Origin: an uncultured Nitrososphaerota archaeon
GTDB lineage: Archaea > Thermoproteota > Nitrososphaeria > Nitrososphaerales > Nitrosopumilaceae
Assembly: GCA_963701075.1 (NCBI GenBank)
Contig: OY969559.1
Span: 1,851,939 to 1,915,938 of the forward strand
DNA: 64,000 nt
Direction: 5' to 3'
Below, one piece after another: positions 40,727 through 51,490 of this stretch; position 1 is the stretch's first letter; every line of letters starts with the position of its first letter. The notes below the pieces were generated by a model that was not told the DNA's origin, searched no databases, and worked only from the letters and a program-made list of their open reading frames with translations. The position numbers were made by a program, and so were the translations under genes.

Positions 40727-42148
40727 TTTGGTACGCTCCTCAACCATCCCAATTTGTTGTTGTACAGTTCGCGAACATCATCAAGACCATACCTTAGCAT
40801 TGCTATTCTTTCAATTCCTCCTCCCCATGCAAGAACTGGATTTTTTATGCCAAGCGGTTTTGTAACTTCTGGTCTGAAGATTCCCATACCAAATAATTCC
40901 ACCCACTTGCCAAGCCTTTCATTGTATATCATTGATTGAAGAGAGGGTTCCGTATACGGGAAAAATGTTGGCCAGAACTTGGCTTTTTTGATTCCCATTT
41001 TTCTATAAAACTCCATTTGCAAGCCCATCAAGTCTCGCAGTGTTACATTTTTTCCAACAACTACTCCTTCTACTTGGTTAAACTCCACGAGATGCTTGTA
41101 GTCTGACCTTCTCGTTTCGAAATACTCTCCCTATTGAAAATAATCTTGCTTCGTCATATTCTTGGTCTGCCAGTGCCTTTATGGTAACACATGTAGTGTG
41201 GGTTCTCAGGACCATTCTTTTTGCAGCATCCAAGCGCCAGTCATAGTGCCACCCGTTCTTGTGAGCTGCTTCAACCTGCTTGATTTGTTTTGGTGTTGCA
41301 ACTGACTTTGCACTGATATCTTTGAGGTAAAATGTGTCTTGCATCTCCCTTGCAGGATGGTCCTGTGGAATAAACAGCGCATCAAAATTCCAAAAACTGG
41401 ACTGTGTGCTGTTACCAACTAATTCGGTAAATCCTAGGCTAACAAATATCTCCCGAACCTCATCGATTACATCTGCCAACGGATGGCTTCGTGCTGCAAA
41501 GACTACAGGAGCGTGGGCCTCCACGTCAATTGCCCGTTTTGCAGACTCGTCTGTTACCTGGCTTGCATTCTTGGCAGCCTCTATTCCTTTTTCTGTTACA
41601 TCTACTGTTGTATATTTGGTAGAAGTAAAATTAAGAAACTCTGGCCTTTTTTTGAGCAAGTCAAGTGCACCCTTGTCTTCTATCTCATCTAATGATATTG
41701 CACTAGGATCTTTTGATGCAATTAATTTTAGTATTCTTTCTTCTGAGGTAGTATCATGATATCCCCTGAGCAAGATTCTGTTTTCATGTATTTCTATCCA
41801 GCCATTTTTCTTTGCGTTTGCAATGGCTGGGCTAAATTCATTTTTTAGCTGATCTTTTGCCTCATTAATTTCACATGAGGAAGCAGGTAGTGATTTTAGA
41901 TAATTAACAAGTTGTCTTTCTGGCAATCCCTTCTGCAATGACTCATTTCCTCTTTTTCCTAATGCAACAAAACTTTTTTCAGATTCTGTGACTTGAACCA
42001 AGTCTTTGAACTTGAGCCACTCTATGCCACGCCTTACTTGGTCTATTGATAACTGTGATTTTTCCGACAACTCTTCTGGTGTCGAGTTTTGCTTTTCAAG
42101 TAATGATTTTAGGATCTTTTGCTCTATCGGATGAAGAACTTGTGACAT
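40717..42148 (-). CDS. pheS: phenylalanyl-tRNA synthetase alpha subunit (apparent frameshift near 41102)
   Basis: WNFDALFIPQDHPAREMQDTF, LRTHTT, FPYTEPS, GIERIAM. Confidence 0.95.
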
Positions 42149-42201
42149 TATCACAAACATCCCAAAAAGACTTTTTAAACGTTAACTTGACTAAATCATG
42201 A

Positions 42202-43317
42202 ATGTCGTCTGAGGATTTCACAGTAACACCTTGGAGCGTAGAAGGCGATATTGATTATGACAAGCTGATACAGAAATTTGGCACAGAAAAAATTTCAGAC
42301 GAACTGCAGGCACGCGTAAAAAAGATAACGGGCGAGATTCACCCGATGCTAAAGCTTGGATATTTTTTCAGCCACAGAGATTTTGATAAAATTTTAACAG
42401 AATATGAAAAAGGCAACAAGTTCTATTTGTATACAGGTAGGGGTCCCTCAGGTTCAATTCACATGGGACATCTGTTGCCATGGATCTTTACCAAATATTT
42501 ACAAGAAAAATTTGACGTGAATTTGATTTTCCAAATTACTGACGATGAAAAGTTTTTGTACAATGATGAAAAGTCTTTCCAAGACGTATCAAAGTACACG
42601 ACAGAGAACATCTATGATATCATTGCAGTGGGGTTTGATCCAAAGAAGACAAAGATTCTAGTTGATACAAAAGATATCAAGCGAATTTACCCAATAGCGC
42701 TTGAGATAGCAAAACGCATAACATTTTCAACCGTAAAGGCAGTCTTTGGATTTCAAAATTCTACAAACATTGGCATGATAGGTTTTCCTCCCATCCAGGC
42801 GGCACCTTGCTTTCTTCCGTCCGTCATCGAAGGCAAGCCAACACAGGTTCTCATACCTGCTGCAATAGACCAGGATCCGTACTGGCGTGTCACACGAGAC
42901 ATTGCAGAAAAGATTGGCTTTCCAAAGCCAACACAGATTCACTCCAAGTTTCTGCCGGGACTTGGAATGCAAGGAAAGATGTCATCTTCCATTCCAGAGA
43001 CTGCAATATTTACAACTGATACAGAAGAGGCAATAGATAAAAAGATCTCAAATACATTTACCGGAGGTCAGCCCACTGTAGACTTGCAACGAAAACTTGG
43101 AGCAAACTTCAACATATGCCCAGTGTTCTGGTACCTGAGATACTTTTTTGATACCGAAAAAGAATCAGACGAGCGGGCAAGAAAATGCAGGGCAGGTGAG
43201 CTTCTTTGTGGAGAGTGCAAGTGCAATCTCAAGGATGCCACAAAACCATTCATTGCAGACTTTAAAAAGAAGAGAGAAAAGGCAAAAGATCAGGTAGACA
43301 AGTTCTTGTTTGATTAG
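42202..43317 (+). CDS. trpS: tryptophanyl-tRNA synthetase
   Basis: YTGRGPS..HMGH, AIDQDPY, KMSSS. Confidence 0.96.
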   Translation: MSSEDFTVTPWSVEGDIDYDKLIQKFGTEKISDELQARVKKITGEIHPMLKLGYFFSHRDFDKILTEYEKGNKFYLYTGRGPSGSIHMGHLLPWIFTKYLQEKFDVNLIFQITDDEKFLYNDEKSFQDVSKYTTENIYDIIAVGFDPKKTKILVDTKDIKRIYPIALEIAKRITFSTVKAVFGFQNSTNIGMIGFPPIQAAPCFLPSVIEGKPTQVLIPAAIDQDPYWRVTRDIAEKIGFPKPTQIHSKFLPGLGMQGKMSSSIPETAIFTTDTEEAIDKKISNTFTGGQPTVDLQRKLGANFNICPVFWYLRYFFDTEKESDERARKCRAGELLCGECKCNLKDATKPFIADFKKKREKAKDQVDKFLFD

Positions 43318-43325
43318 TTTTAAAA

Positions 43326-43607
43326 ATGAAAAAGAAAATAATCTGTGAAGACGAATACGAAGCACAAAAGCTTGCAAGCTTAATCTACATTAGAGATAAC
43401 AGTGAGACATTCATATCTGGAATACTTGAAATTATAGAAAACGAGCTTGTGATATCGCTCAAGGATAAATCAGCTCATAGCATACTTTTCAAGGATAAAG
43501 TGGAGGCAGAATCTTTTGCTGATTTTATCCAATCAGTAGTAGAGCAAGTCAACAGACTTGTGGACACCAAAGTTACTCAAAACATAATAGAAATAACAAA
43601 AGAATAA
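43326..43607 (+). CDS. hypothetical protein
   Basis: 93-aa ORF coupled to trpS. Confidence 0.7.
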   Translation: MKKKIICEDEYEAQKLASLIYIRDNSETFISGILEIIENELVISLKDKSAHSILFKDKVEAESFADFIQSVVEQVNRLVDTKVTQNIIEITKE

Positions 43608-43608
43608 T

Positions 43609-43941
43609 CTATACCAATGATTTGTCCATTTCTTGCGATACAATTTCCTGTACTTTTAGAAAGTATAGCCTGGTCGTATATGGCATATCATCCAGATTAT
43701 TTGCTATTGCAATCATAAGATATCGTACTGCACGCTTTGAGATATCCAAGTTGAACTTGAGATACAAGATGGGGTCCTGCTTGACATTTATCTTGTCTAC
43801 AAGCCACGGCGGTGCCATCTCTTTTGCCTCCTCAATTATCTTCTTGTACCAAAATGCAATGTTTTCAGGATCAAGACCGTCTTTTAGGCCAGATATATCA
43901 GAAGACATCTTACTGAGCATGTTATTGGTTATTTCCTTCAA
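43609..43941 (-). CDS. hypothetical protein
   Basis: 110-aa ORF. Confidence 0.7.
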   Translation of the reverse strand: MKEITNNMLSKMSSDISGLKDGLDPENIAFWYKKIIEEAKEMAPPWLVDKINVKQDPILYLKFNLDISKRAVRYLMIAIANNLDDMPYTTRLYFLKVQEIVSQEMDKSLV

Positions 43942-43995
43942 TGATATACAGAGGTATTTTTGGGGTTTTAGAACGATTACTCAAATATAGAGAAG

Positions 43996-44472
43996 CTACT
44001 TGTCAACGGCAAGAATATTGCCATCAGAATCTATCTCAGAGCTCTTTATTCGCGAGGTCGATATGCGTCTGCCATCTTTTGCAAGTACCATTGGCACCAC
44101 TATCACGTCCACATCAGGCGAATTTCTTTGTCTTCGCAGTAGATTCAGTTCATTGCCCTGAAATGCTGTTTCTTCGCTTACAACCAAGGCCTCAACTTCT
44201 TTTTCCAGAACTGCCGGGCCAAAATCATTTTCTAACTTGCTTATATCGTATTTTACATTTGGAAAATTTCTTTGTATGATATCCTCCAAGGCCTCGTATC
44301 TTTGCGCATAGTCATGAATCAGATACTTGCCCTTTTCTTTAGCCATTTCATCGCTAGTCAGTCCAATAATCACTTTATATGATATGTCAAACCCTTTGCG
44401 TAAAAGTTCCAAATGTCCACTGTGTAAAATATCAAACGTCCCGCCAAGAGCTATCAACTTGTATTTTTTCAT
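43996..44472 (-). CDS. coaD: phosphopantetheine adenylyltransferase
   Basis: GGTFDILHSGH, VVSEET, RISTSRI. Confidence 0.93.
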   Translation of the reverse strand: MKKYKLIALGGTFDILHSGHLELLRKGFDISYKVIIGLTSDEMAKEKGKYLIHDYAQRYEALEDIIQRNFPNVKYDISKLENDFGPAVLEKEVEALVVSEETAFQGNELNLLRRQRNSPDVDVIVVPMVLAKDGRRISTSRIKSSEIDSDGNILAVDK

Positions 44473-44508
44473 ACAGATACAACTCCAATTAGCAATTAAA
44501 TGATATCA

Positions 44509-45669
44509 CTATTTCACAAGCGCGATGTTAATCTTAGTTCCTGAAGACGAGATCGGTACACCGTTAGAATCCCACACGTAGGTTTCTATGTAATACGAGC
44601 CTGCGGCATCAGGAGTCCAAGATACAGATTCGGTATGGTCTTGGTCATTGCCACCTAGAAATACGCCTGTGGTATTGCCAATAAACTCAACCTCGCCTCC
44701 AAATTTCTTTACTTGCACATAGTAAACATATGACTGCACACTATCAAGCAGATAGTTTAGGTTACTGCTGATCTTAACTGGAGCATATACAGGTATAGTA
44801 GAATATGGGCTTCCCGACGGATTTGTGACATTTGTACTGCTTACCATCACAGGTAGTGCCGCAATGATATTTGTAACATTGGTAGGCAGGGATTGATAGT
44901 TATCAGACTCGGCAATAATCTGGAATGTTTTTGCGCGGCTGCTAGGAGTAGATGTTATGGTAAAATTTGCCGTGTTTCCTGCACCAGTATTAGGTACTGT
45001 AGTGGCATCAATTCCAACTACTCTTTGAAATGCGTCATATGTTATCAGATAAAGATTAGTATTTGTGGCAGTAGATGTTCCGCCGTTCTTGAGGATACCA
45101 GTGAGGATCAGATTGTCAGATAGGTGAAGAGAAATAGATGGTATTGTCAGCGCCTGATCTTTTGCAGATGCCGGGGTAAAGCCTGCTAGGTCTACTGCTA
45201 CTTGAGTAATTGAAGGGTTGGCGTTTGTTGAAGATATTGAAAATGGGGCCATCGAATTTGGCTCTACAACTTGAAGAAGTGTCGTGCCAGTCTTGTATTC
45301 CAGTACGTTGTTATTAGGATCCTCAAAGGTAACTCCAACTTTAACACCGGCTACTGGAAAGTTATTGTTATTTTGAATGTCACCCAAGACCACCGTTGTA
45401 CCATTAGTTGCCTTGTAGCTGTACGACGAACAGACTACAACTGTTAGTGTGCTTGAAGGAGGCAGAGTCTCGCCTCCATTAGATGGGGCAGTTTGCAGGC
45501 ATGGTTGCTGCATATTTCCTTCATTTGTTACGCTGGTGGGGGCAGTGGTACAATGTATGGAGGCAGTTTGCAGGCATGGTTGCTGCGCGGTTACTTCTGC
45601 CGATGTCCACATGAAACCAGCGGAAAAGAATGCTAAAATGAGCAGACTTGCAAGAATTACTGTTCTCAT
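44509..45669 (-). CDS. secreted/surface protein with Ig-like (FxLYD-type) domains
   Basis: signal peptide; G...N.....V...F.D/YD repeats; SWTP..AG.Y.IE.YVW C-terminus. Confidence 0.75.
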   Translation of the reverse strand: MRTVILASLLILAFFSAGFMWTSAEVTAQQPCLQTASIHCTTAPTSVTNEGNMQQPCLQTAPSNGGETLPPSSTLTVVVCSSYSYKATNGTTVVLGDIQNNNNFPVAGVKVGVTFEDPNNNVLEYKTGTTLLQVVEPNSMAPFSISSTNANPSITQVAVDLAGFTPASAKDQALTIPSISLHLSDNLILTGILKNGGTSTATNTNLYLITYDAFQRVVGIDATTVPNTGAGNTANFTITSTPSSRAKTFQIIAESDNYQSLPTNVTNIIAALPVMVSSTNVTNPSGSPYSTIPVYAPVKISSNLNYLLDSVQSYVYYVQVKKFGGEVEFIGNTTGVFLGGNDQDHTESVSWTPDAAGSYYIETYVWDSNGVPISSSGTKINIALVK

Positions 45670-46006
45670 ATACCATACTTTTTACGCAAGTAATTAATCA
45701 TATGCGACATATCATAATCTATACAACGTGGACTAGAAGCTTTTACCAAAATATACTGACAGTACATCAAATTACAAAAAGAAGAGTAAAAGGTGGTAAC
45801 TTACTTGTTTTTCTTCATTGCGGTGATTACACACCAGTATATGAATCCGGGGATTAAACCAACGGCCAATGGTATGTATACGCCTGCTTGACTCCAATCT
45901 TGCATTTTTAATTACCTAGCTAAACAGAAACGATATAGTATTTAAATCCATCTTTCAGAAGTACCCTCTCACAAACCATTCTTCTTTAAATAAAACTAGA
46001 CTAGAG

Positions 46007-46381
46007 TTGAAACTAGGTTTGGAAATAACAATAGATCCCTGGAAAGAACTAGTCATACATGAAGTATTGGAGTTAAAGTTTGACGATTGGATTACCCAAG
46101 TGATCGCAACTGCGCGATCAGCAGGCGGTGGAATACCTACAATTTTTTGGGCAGACGGAATTGCATTTCATTTTGCAACTTTTCCTGATACTGAGACCAC
46201 AGTACAAGAAAAGATCAAGGGACGAATCCACTATTCATCTGTAACTTTTGCAGTCAAGGAAAAGTTTGAGCGACAGGTAGTAAGAGAGGGCGGTACTGTA
46301 AATTTCACAGATGTTGGCCACAATGAGATATTTAGCAAGTTGATAAATAAACTCAAAGCAGGATCAAAATTCAAGGGATAA
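46007..46381 (+). CDS. hypothetical protein
   Basis: 124-aa ORF with TTTAAATA upstream. Confidence 0.72.
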   Translation: MKLGLEITIDPWKELVIHEVLELKFDDWITQVIATARSAGGGIPTIFWADGIAFHFATFPDTETTVQEKIKGRIHYSSVTFAVKEKFERQVVREGGTVNFTDVGHNEIFSKLINKLKAGSKFKG

Positions 46382-46390
46382 TAGTAAAGG

Positions 46391-46555
46391 CTAGTTCTTC
46401 TTCACTTTGCGATATACCAGGCCAATCCCTGCTACCACAAGAACTGCACCTATAACAAAAAGGTATGGAGGATTAGATTCCATAGGAGTTAGGAAGATTC
46501 CCGCAGTAATCATGGCCAAGTAAAACAACATTTCAAAATCAAAATCCCACGCCAT
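46391..46555 (-). CDS. 54-aa two-TM membrane protein
   Basis: MAWDFDFEMLFYLAMITAGIFL...FVIGAVLVVAGIGLVYRKVKKN; TTTATA upstream. Confidence 0.6.
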   Translation of the reverse strand: MAWDFDFEMLFYLAMITAGIFLTPMESNPPYLFVIGAVLVVAGIGLVYRKVKKN

Positions 46556-46759
46556 TTAATGATGCCCACCATCTTCCATAGTATAAATGGCACTGTTATT
46601 TTTCGGCGGATTGCATCTTTTGTCATATAATCATGTCATGCCAAGCCTCAGGATAGATAATTGAGATGATGAGGGCGTATCATGGATACATCAGAGATCA
46701 TTGGCGAATAGAAAATCCATTCGTAATATCTAATTGTAGCAAAATAATAAGGACATGAA

Positions 46760-48043
46760 ATGCGCGGAGAGTTTTTTATACTATTTTTGGCAATTGTTTT
46801 GGCTTTACTAGCATATCCAGTAAGCGCAGAAGGCTATAGCCTGAATCCTTATTTTGCGAGATACTTTGGAAACCCTCAGATGCCAGCACCTGTCGGCATT
46901 GCCTCTTATGGTCTTTATCCGACTGGCAATGGATTTAGTCATTATACCATAGAAACTGACAAGATTGTGGCAAACGCTACAGTCAATGCCCTTCAAGCAC
47001 ATGACATATCATCACAGAATTTACCATTTGCCAGAAATTCCATGTGTATAACTGGGCAAGAATATGAGCCGTCAAATGCAGATATGCAAAATGGCGCCAA
47101 TCTTCAGTTCAATGTCATGATGCAAGTCAATACCACTGTAGGTTCACAGACAATATGGCTTCAGGATACGGCTCGTTTCAATACGGCACAAATGACAATG
47201 ATTATCCCCCATGACATTGTTGCAAATCTTACGTCTGGGGGAGGTGAAAATATAGCATATGGCAATGGTATCGTCAATCCCTCTCAACATGGAATTGAAT
47301 ATTACGAATACGAAGGAACGTGTTACAAGTATTTGTTGCCGTTGACAATCTCATACGAGATAGATGTGCACAAGATCTCAGGCAGTCTAGTGCAGGTCAT
47401 ATTCAAAAATGATGATAGTGTTTTTGATACTGTCAATCTCCCTATACCAAATGTAAAGTCGGCACATATTGTAGTGACTCCTAATCAACATGGAATTCCA
47501 TATGATGCAGAGTTTGTATGGGTAGGATATTGTTGTTCTCAAGAGTCTACTTTTACACAGATGAATTCTACATTATCCATGTATTATGAAGGAGATGGTA
47601 ACAAATTGCACAGTTTTCCAACACTTTTTACATTTGGAACCAATACTGCAGAGACCGCAAGTAACTTGCTTGTTAAAAGAGATGGACATGATTGGCATGT
47701 AGTCATAGGCCAGAACAATAATACATTTTTTGAGCAGAGAAAAAACTCTACATCTACAACACATGGCAGTATGACCATCCCATCTTGGATTAAAAACAAT
47801 ACAAAGTTGTGGTCGCAAGGAGAGATTACAGATACAGGTTTTGTAAAAGGTATGCAATACTTGATACAAAATAAAATCATACAAATTTCTACCACACAGC
47901 CTAGTTCTGGTACCACACAACAGATACCGGCATGGGTAAAGAATGACGCGGAATGGTGGGCAGATGGACAGATATCAGATGGCGAGTTTGTCAAGGCAGT
48001 ACAATACCTCATCAACAACGATGTAATTCAGATAAGCTCATGA
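46760..48043 (+). CDS. thermopsin-like (peptidase A5) secreted protease with IPxWIKN tail
   Basis: PAPVGIASYG, NLQFN, WLQD, DAEFVW.G, GTNTAET. Confidence 0.8.
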   Translation: MRGEFFILFLAIVLALLAYPVSAEGYSLNPYFARYFGNPQMPAPVGIASYGLYPTGNGFSHYTIETDKIVANATVNALQAHDISSQNLPFARNSMCITGQEYEPSNADMQNGANLQFNVMMQVNTTVGSQTIWLQDTARFNTAQMTMIIPHDIVANLTSGGGENIAYGNGIVNPSQHGIEYYEYEGTCYKYLLPLTISYEIDVHKISGSLVQVIFKNDDSVFDTVNLPIPNVKSAHIVVTPNQHGIPYDAEFVWVGYCCSQESTFTQMNSTLSMYYEGDGNKLHSFPTLFTFGTNTAETASNLLVKRDGHDWHVVIGQNNNTFFEQRKNSTSTTHGSMTIPSWIKNNTKLWSQGEITDTGFVKGMQYLIQNKIIQISTTQPSSGTTQQIPAWVKNDAEWWADGQISDGEFVKAVQYLINNDVIQISS

Positions 48044-48134
48044 ATTTTTTTAGACTGACCATTGTTGCAATATACTACCATTTGGTCTTTTCATACAAAG
48101 CATCTATTTCAGTTTGAAACCGATGGCTTTTGAA

Positions 48135-48392
48135 CTAACGATCAGCTGAGAATTGAGGATTATCTGCAAAAATTATTCCAAGCCTTTGCAATATCACTAG
48201 AATAATTCCTACTATTCCTACAAGCAGAATCACAGGAAGTACATTATGCTGGTCCAGGCCAATTTTGAATACTCTATAACCAAACGGTCTAACAACAAGA
48301 ATTATCATGCCCGCAAGTATGCCAAGAAGAATGACCACATCTCGCAGATTATGTGAATCGTTTGGCAAATGCTTTTGAGACTTTTCTGACAT
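48135..48392 (-). CDS. small membrane protein
   Basis: two hydrophobic helices. Confidence 0.6.
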   Translation of the reverse strand: MSEKSQKHLPNDSHNLRDVVILLGILAGMIILVVRPFGYRVFKIGLDQHNVLPVILLVGIVGIILVILQRLGIIFADNPQFSADR

Positions 48393-48819
48393 ACATTTTA
48401 GAGATGGGGACCTTTGATAAAAATTTACGCTAGATTCTATTCAGCCCTATATTTCTGATCATCATAATGATTCAGATATTTACATGGTTCCTACGTAATG
48501 CTTTTCATACCTTACGTTTACCGTAATGTCATTGCGTTATTTATCGAAGGCAATTCCTCTTGTTCTTTTCTTAATGTTATACAACAACATTGGTTTTAAT
48601 TACATCTGTAAGAGGACTTGATAACAGATAGCCGTTGAGAAGAAATGCTCCGCAAATATAATATACAGAGATCGCACATTGTGTAACATGGTGGCAGATT
48701 TGAATTATGATTTTGGACAAAGCGCTCTTCTCCCCCTAGAGACCTGCTTTTTTAGAATGGTTTCTGCCATCTCTTTTTTCAATTAAGAAATGACCTGCAA
48801 AGAATACATCAATGGCATC

Positions 48820-50039
48820 ATGGAAAAACTACGCGTTGTTCTCCTTGCTGTTGTGGTCATTGCAGTGCTTGGTAGCAGTGCTGGTTTTATACATGCAAGT
48901 CAGGCTTCTTCTGGTCCGTATGCCACAACAGACAAGATGGCGTTTCCTGATTATGTGAGTTTATTTAAGATGACACAAGGCTCCATAGTCCAAATAACAA
49001 GTATAGTATCGGATCCATCTGAGATCATCATCACAAATGGTATACAGTCTAACGCTAACACCACTATGCTTGGCTCGGGGTTTATGTATGATACTGCGGG
49101 ACACATAATCACAAATGCCCATGTGGTGGGTCAGAACAAGGTTGTCTATGTAACACTCATTGATGGCAATACCTATAATGCAAATGTAGTTGGGATAGAT
49201 CCATACAATGATTTGGCAGTAGTACAGTAACTGGCAACTTTACCGGAGAAAACATAGTACCACTACAGCTTGGTAACTCTTCCCAACTTGAGGTAGGGCA
49301 GTACGTGGCAGCAATCGGCAATCCGTTTGGCCTTGAAGATACCATGACTAATGGTATCATATCACAACTTGGCAGAACACTTGACGATGAGGAGACTGGT
49401 GGATTTTCTATTCCTGATATTATTCAAACTAGTGCAGCAATAAATCCTGGAAACTCTGGTGGGCCACTTCTTAACATGGCAGGACAGGTAATTGGGATGA
49501 ATACCGCAATAAAGACCGATACCGGTGACTTTGCAGGAGTCGGATATGCAATTCCATCAAACCAGCTTGCAAGAATAGTGCCAGTCCTGATAAAGAATGG
49601 TACATACCAGCACCCTTGGCTTGGCATTGAGGGAAGGAACCTGACCCCAGAGATAGCCCTTGCAAATGGGTTTGCGCAAAACTTCAAGGGCGTAGTAATA
49701 GAGAAGATATCAACTAACAGCTCTGCTTCAAAGGCAGGCCTTGAGGTTGCAACAGATGACCAGAACGGCATACCACATGGCGGAGATATCATAGTATCAA
49801 CTGATGGACATCCTGTCAAATCCATCTATGATATCATAGGATATCTGGATGATTACAAATCAGTTGGAGATACCATAAATCTTGGAATAGACAGGGGCGG
49901 AAAGACGATTGAGGTTACACTAACATTACAGGCAAGACCACCTCCTGCACCGCCGGCGCCTCCAGCGTCTATACCATCTCCAGACCTTCCACAAATTCCT
50001 GGCTTTCCGCAGATCCCAGGCTTTCCACAAGTCCCATAA
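48820..50039 (+). CDS. htrA: HtrA/DegP serine protease with PDZ domain (apparent -1 frameshift near 49228)
   Basis: [25 protein letters not shown]; Pro-rich tail. Confidence 0.9.
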
Positions 50040-50271
50040 TTTAGAGTCCGGCAAGGGCTGGATTTGTAGAGCCTGAACCGATGGTAGTTGGAATTTTCTA
50101 GTCTATCAAGATTCGAGTCGGGTTCTCTTTTTCCCATGTTAAAGTTAGAGTGACCAGTCTCCAAAGGTCAAAGGATTGCCGTAATTAACATCATTCCTTG
50201 GAGTTCTATGGTCTTCATTGCGATATACATGATATGATTAAATTGTTTGCCTGCAAAACTGCGTGATATAG

Positions 50272-50385
50272 CTAGCCATAGGGATCATCGTTTTCTTTTG
50301 GTTTGTTATAATATTCTCCCAAATGGTTCTCATCACAAGTGCAAGATCCAAGTGTTTTTTTACAGAACCTGCAACGTTCAGCCAT
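50272..50385 (-). CDS. 37-aa Cys-rich micro-protein
   Basis: MAERCRFCKKTLGSCTCD (CxxC..CxC). Confidence 0.45.
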   Translation of the reverse strand: MAERCRFCKKTLGSCTCDENHLGEYYNKPKENDDPYG

Positions 50386-50536
50386 TTCCCTAATTTAAAA
50401 ATCCGAGGTATTAAAATCATTATTTACAACAAATCACAACGTGAATCTTTTACTTTTTGGGTTCAGGCATATGAGTTTTTTTGCTGATCAACTTCAATAT
50501 GATCTATTATTATATTTGGAAAATTAATTACAAGTC

Positions 50537-50695
50537 ATGCCAAATATTCGTGTCTGCCCCAATTGTAATAAAATATTGCAAGTTGGAGAGATTCATGATT
50601 GTAGATTACCTCGATCTGAGCTTGTAACATGTAACAAATGTGGACAAAAGTACAAAGAGGGACATGGTCATATTTGTCCCACAATGATAAAATAA
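50537..50695 (+). CDS. 52-aa double Zn-ribbon micro-protein
   Basis: CPNC...HDC and CNKC...HIC; TTATATT upstream. Confidence 0.6.
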   Translation: MPNIRVCPNCNKILQVGEIHDCRLPRSELVTCNKCGQKYKEGHGHICPTMIK

Positions 50696-50788
50696 ACTCC
50701 AGAAATAGACTATTTCAATTTAAGATGCTGTTACCTTGTGGGTTTATCAATCGTGATTTTTGATTCCGTTGACAATGGTTTAGAAAAA

Positions 50789-51349
50789 TCAAATCCTTTG
50801 GCTTATCTCATTTAGAGACTTTCTGCTTCTTTTTTCAGGCTCTTCAGCAGGAAAGCCAATAGCCAGCATCGATACGGGCTTGAAATTACTATCTATCGAA
50901 AAGAGTCTATGAATCATTTCTTCATCAAAGGAGCCAATCCAAACAGAAGAAAGCCCTAGTGCGTGTGTAGCAAGCTGTGAATATGTACAAGCAATTGTTG
51001 CATCTTGTATGCAATACAGTTCCACGCCGCGAATGCCACAAGACTTGGCAGAAATTAGGTCTGCACAAAAAATCAGTATTACTGATGCATCTTCAACAAA
51101 ATTCTGGTCATGTGTTGCACTTACAAGTTTCTTTTTATCTTCCTTTTTTTGAACTACAAATATTCTATAAGACTGCAAGTTCCTAGCAGAGGGAGCACTG
51201 TTTGCTGCAGATAGAATTTTATCAATGATATCATCGTTTAATGCTTCTCCCGTATAGGCACGAATAGAGTGTCGTGTAGCAATGAGATCAAAAAAATTCA
51301 TTTTTTCATTTGATGATCTTTGGTACAGGTTTTTCCCTTTTTGCATCAA
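50789..51349 (-). CDS. nitroreductase family protein
   Basis: RHSIRAY, APSARNLQ, GLSSVWIG. Confidence 0.92.
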   Translation of the reverse strand: MMQKGKNLYQRSSNEKMNFFDLIATRHSIRAYTGEALNDDIIDKILSAANSAPSARNLQSYRIFVVQKKEDKKKLVSATHDQNFVEDASVILIFCADLISAKSCGIRGVELYCIQDATIACTYSQLATHALGLSSVWIGSFDEEMIHRLFSIDSNFKPVSMLAIGFPAEEPEKRSRKSLNEISQRI

Positions 51350-51490
51350 TTATATCTGTTTTACAAAGATATTAAATCGATTAACGATTTTCACTAGTGA
51401 AAACACCTTCCAAGTGTTAAAAGGCGTTCAGAGGTAAATTGTGCTGTTACTGAATCACATAATCATCTGAATCTGGTAAGACGACTTTTC

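Noticed and set aside
23235-42148. purB, valS, pdxS, pheT and pheS as pseudogenes or programmed frameshifts
   Set aside because: Several are essential, there are no slippery sequences, and every break maps to AGCT, so a sequencing artefact is far more likely
45801-45905. Small membrane peptide MQDWSQAGVYIPLAVGLIPGFIYW on the minus strand
   Set aside because: Plausible start, but the 3' end appears frameshifted and boundaries cannot be supported
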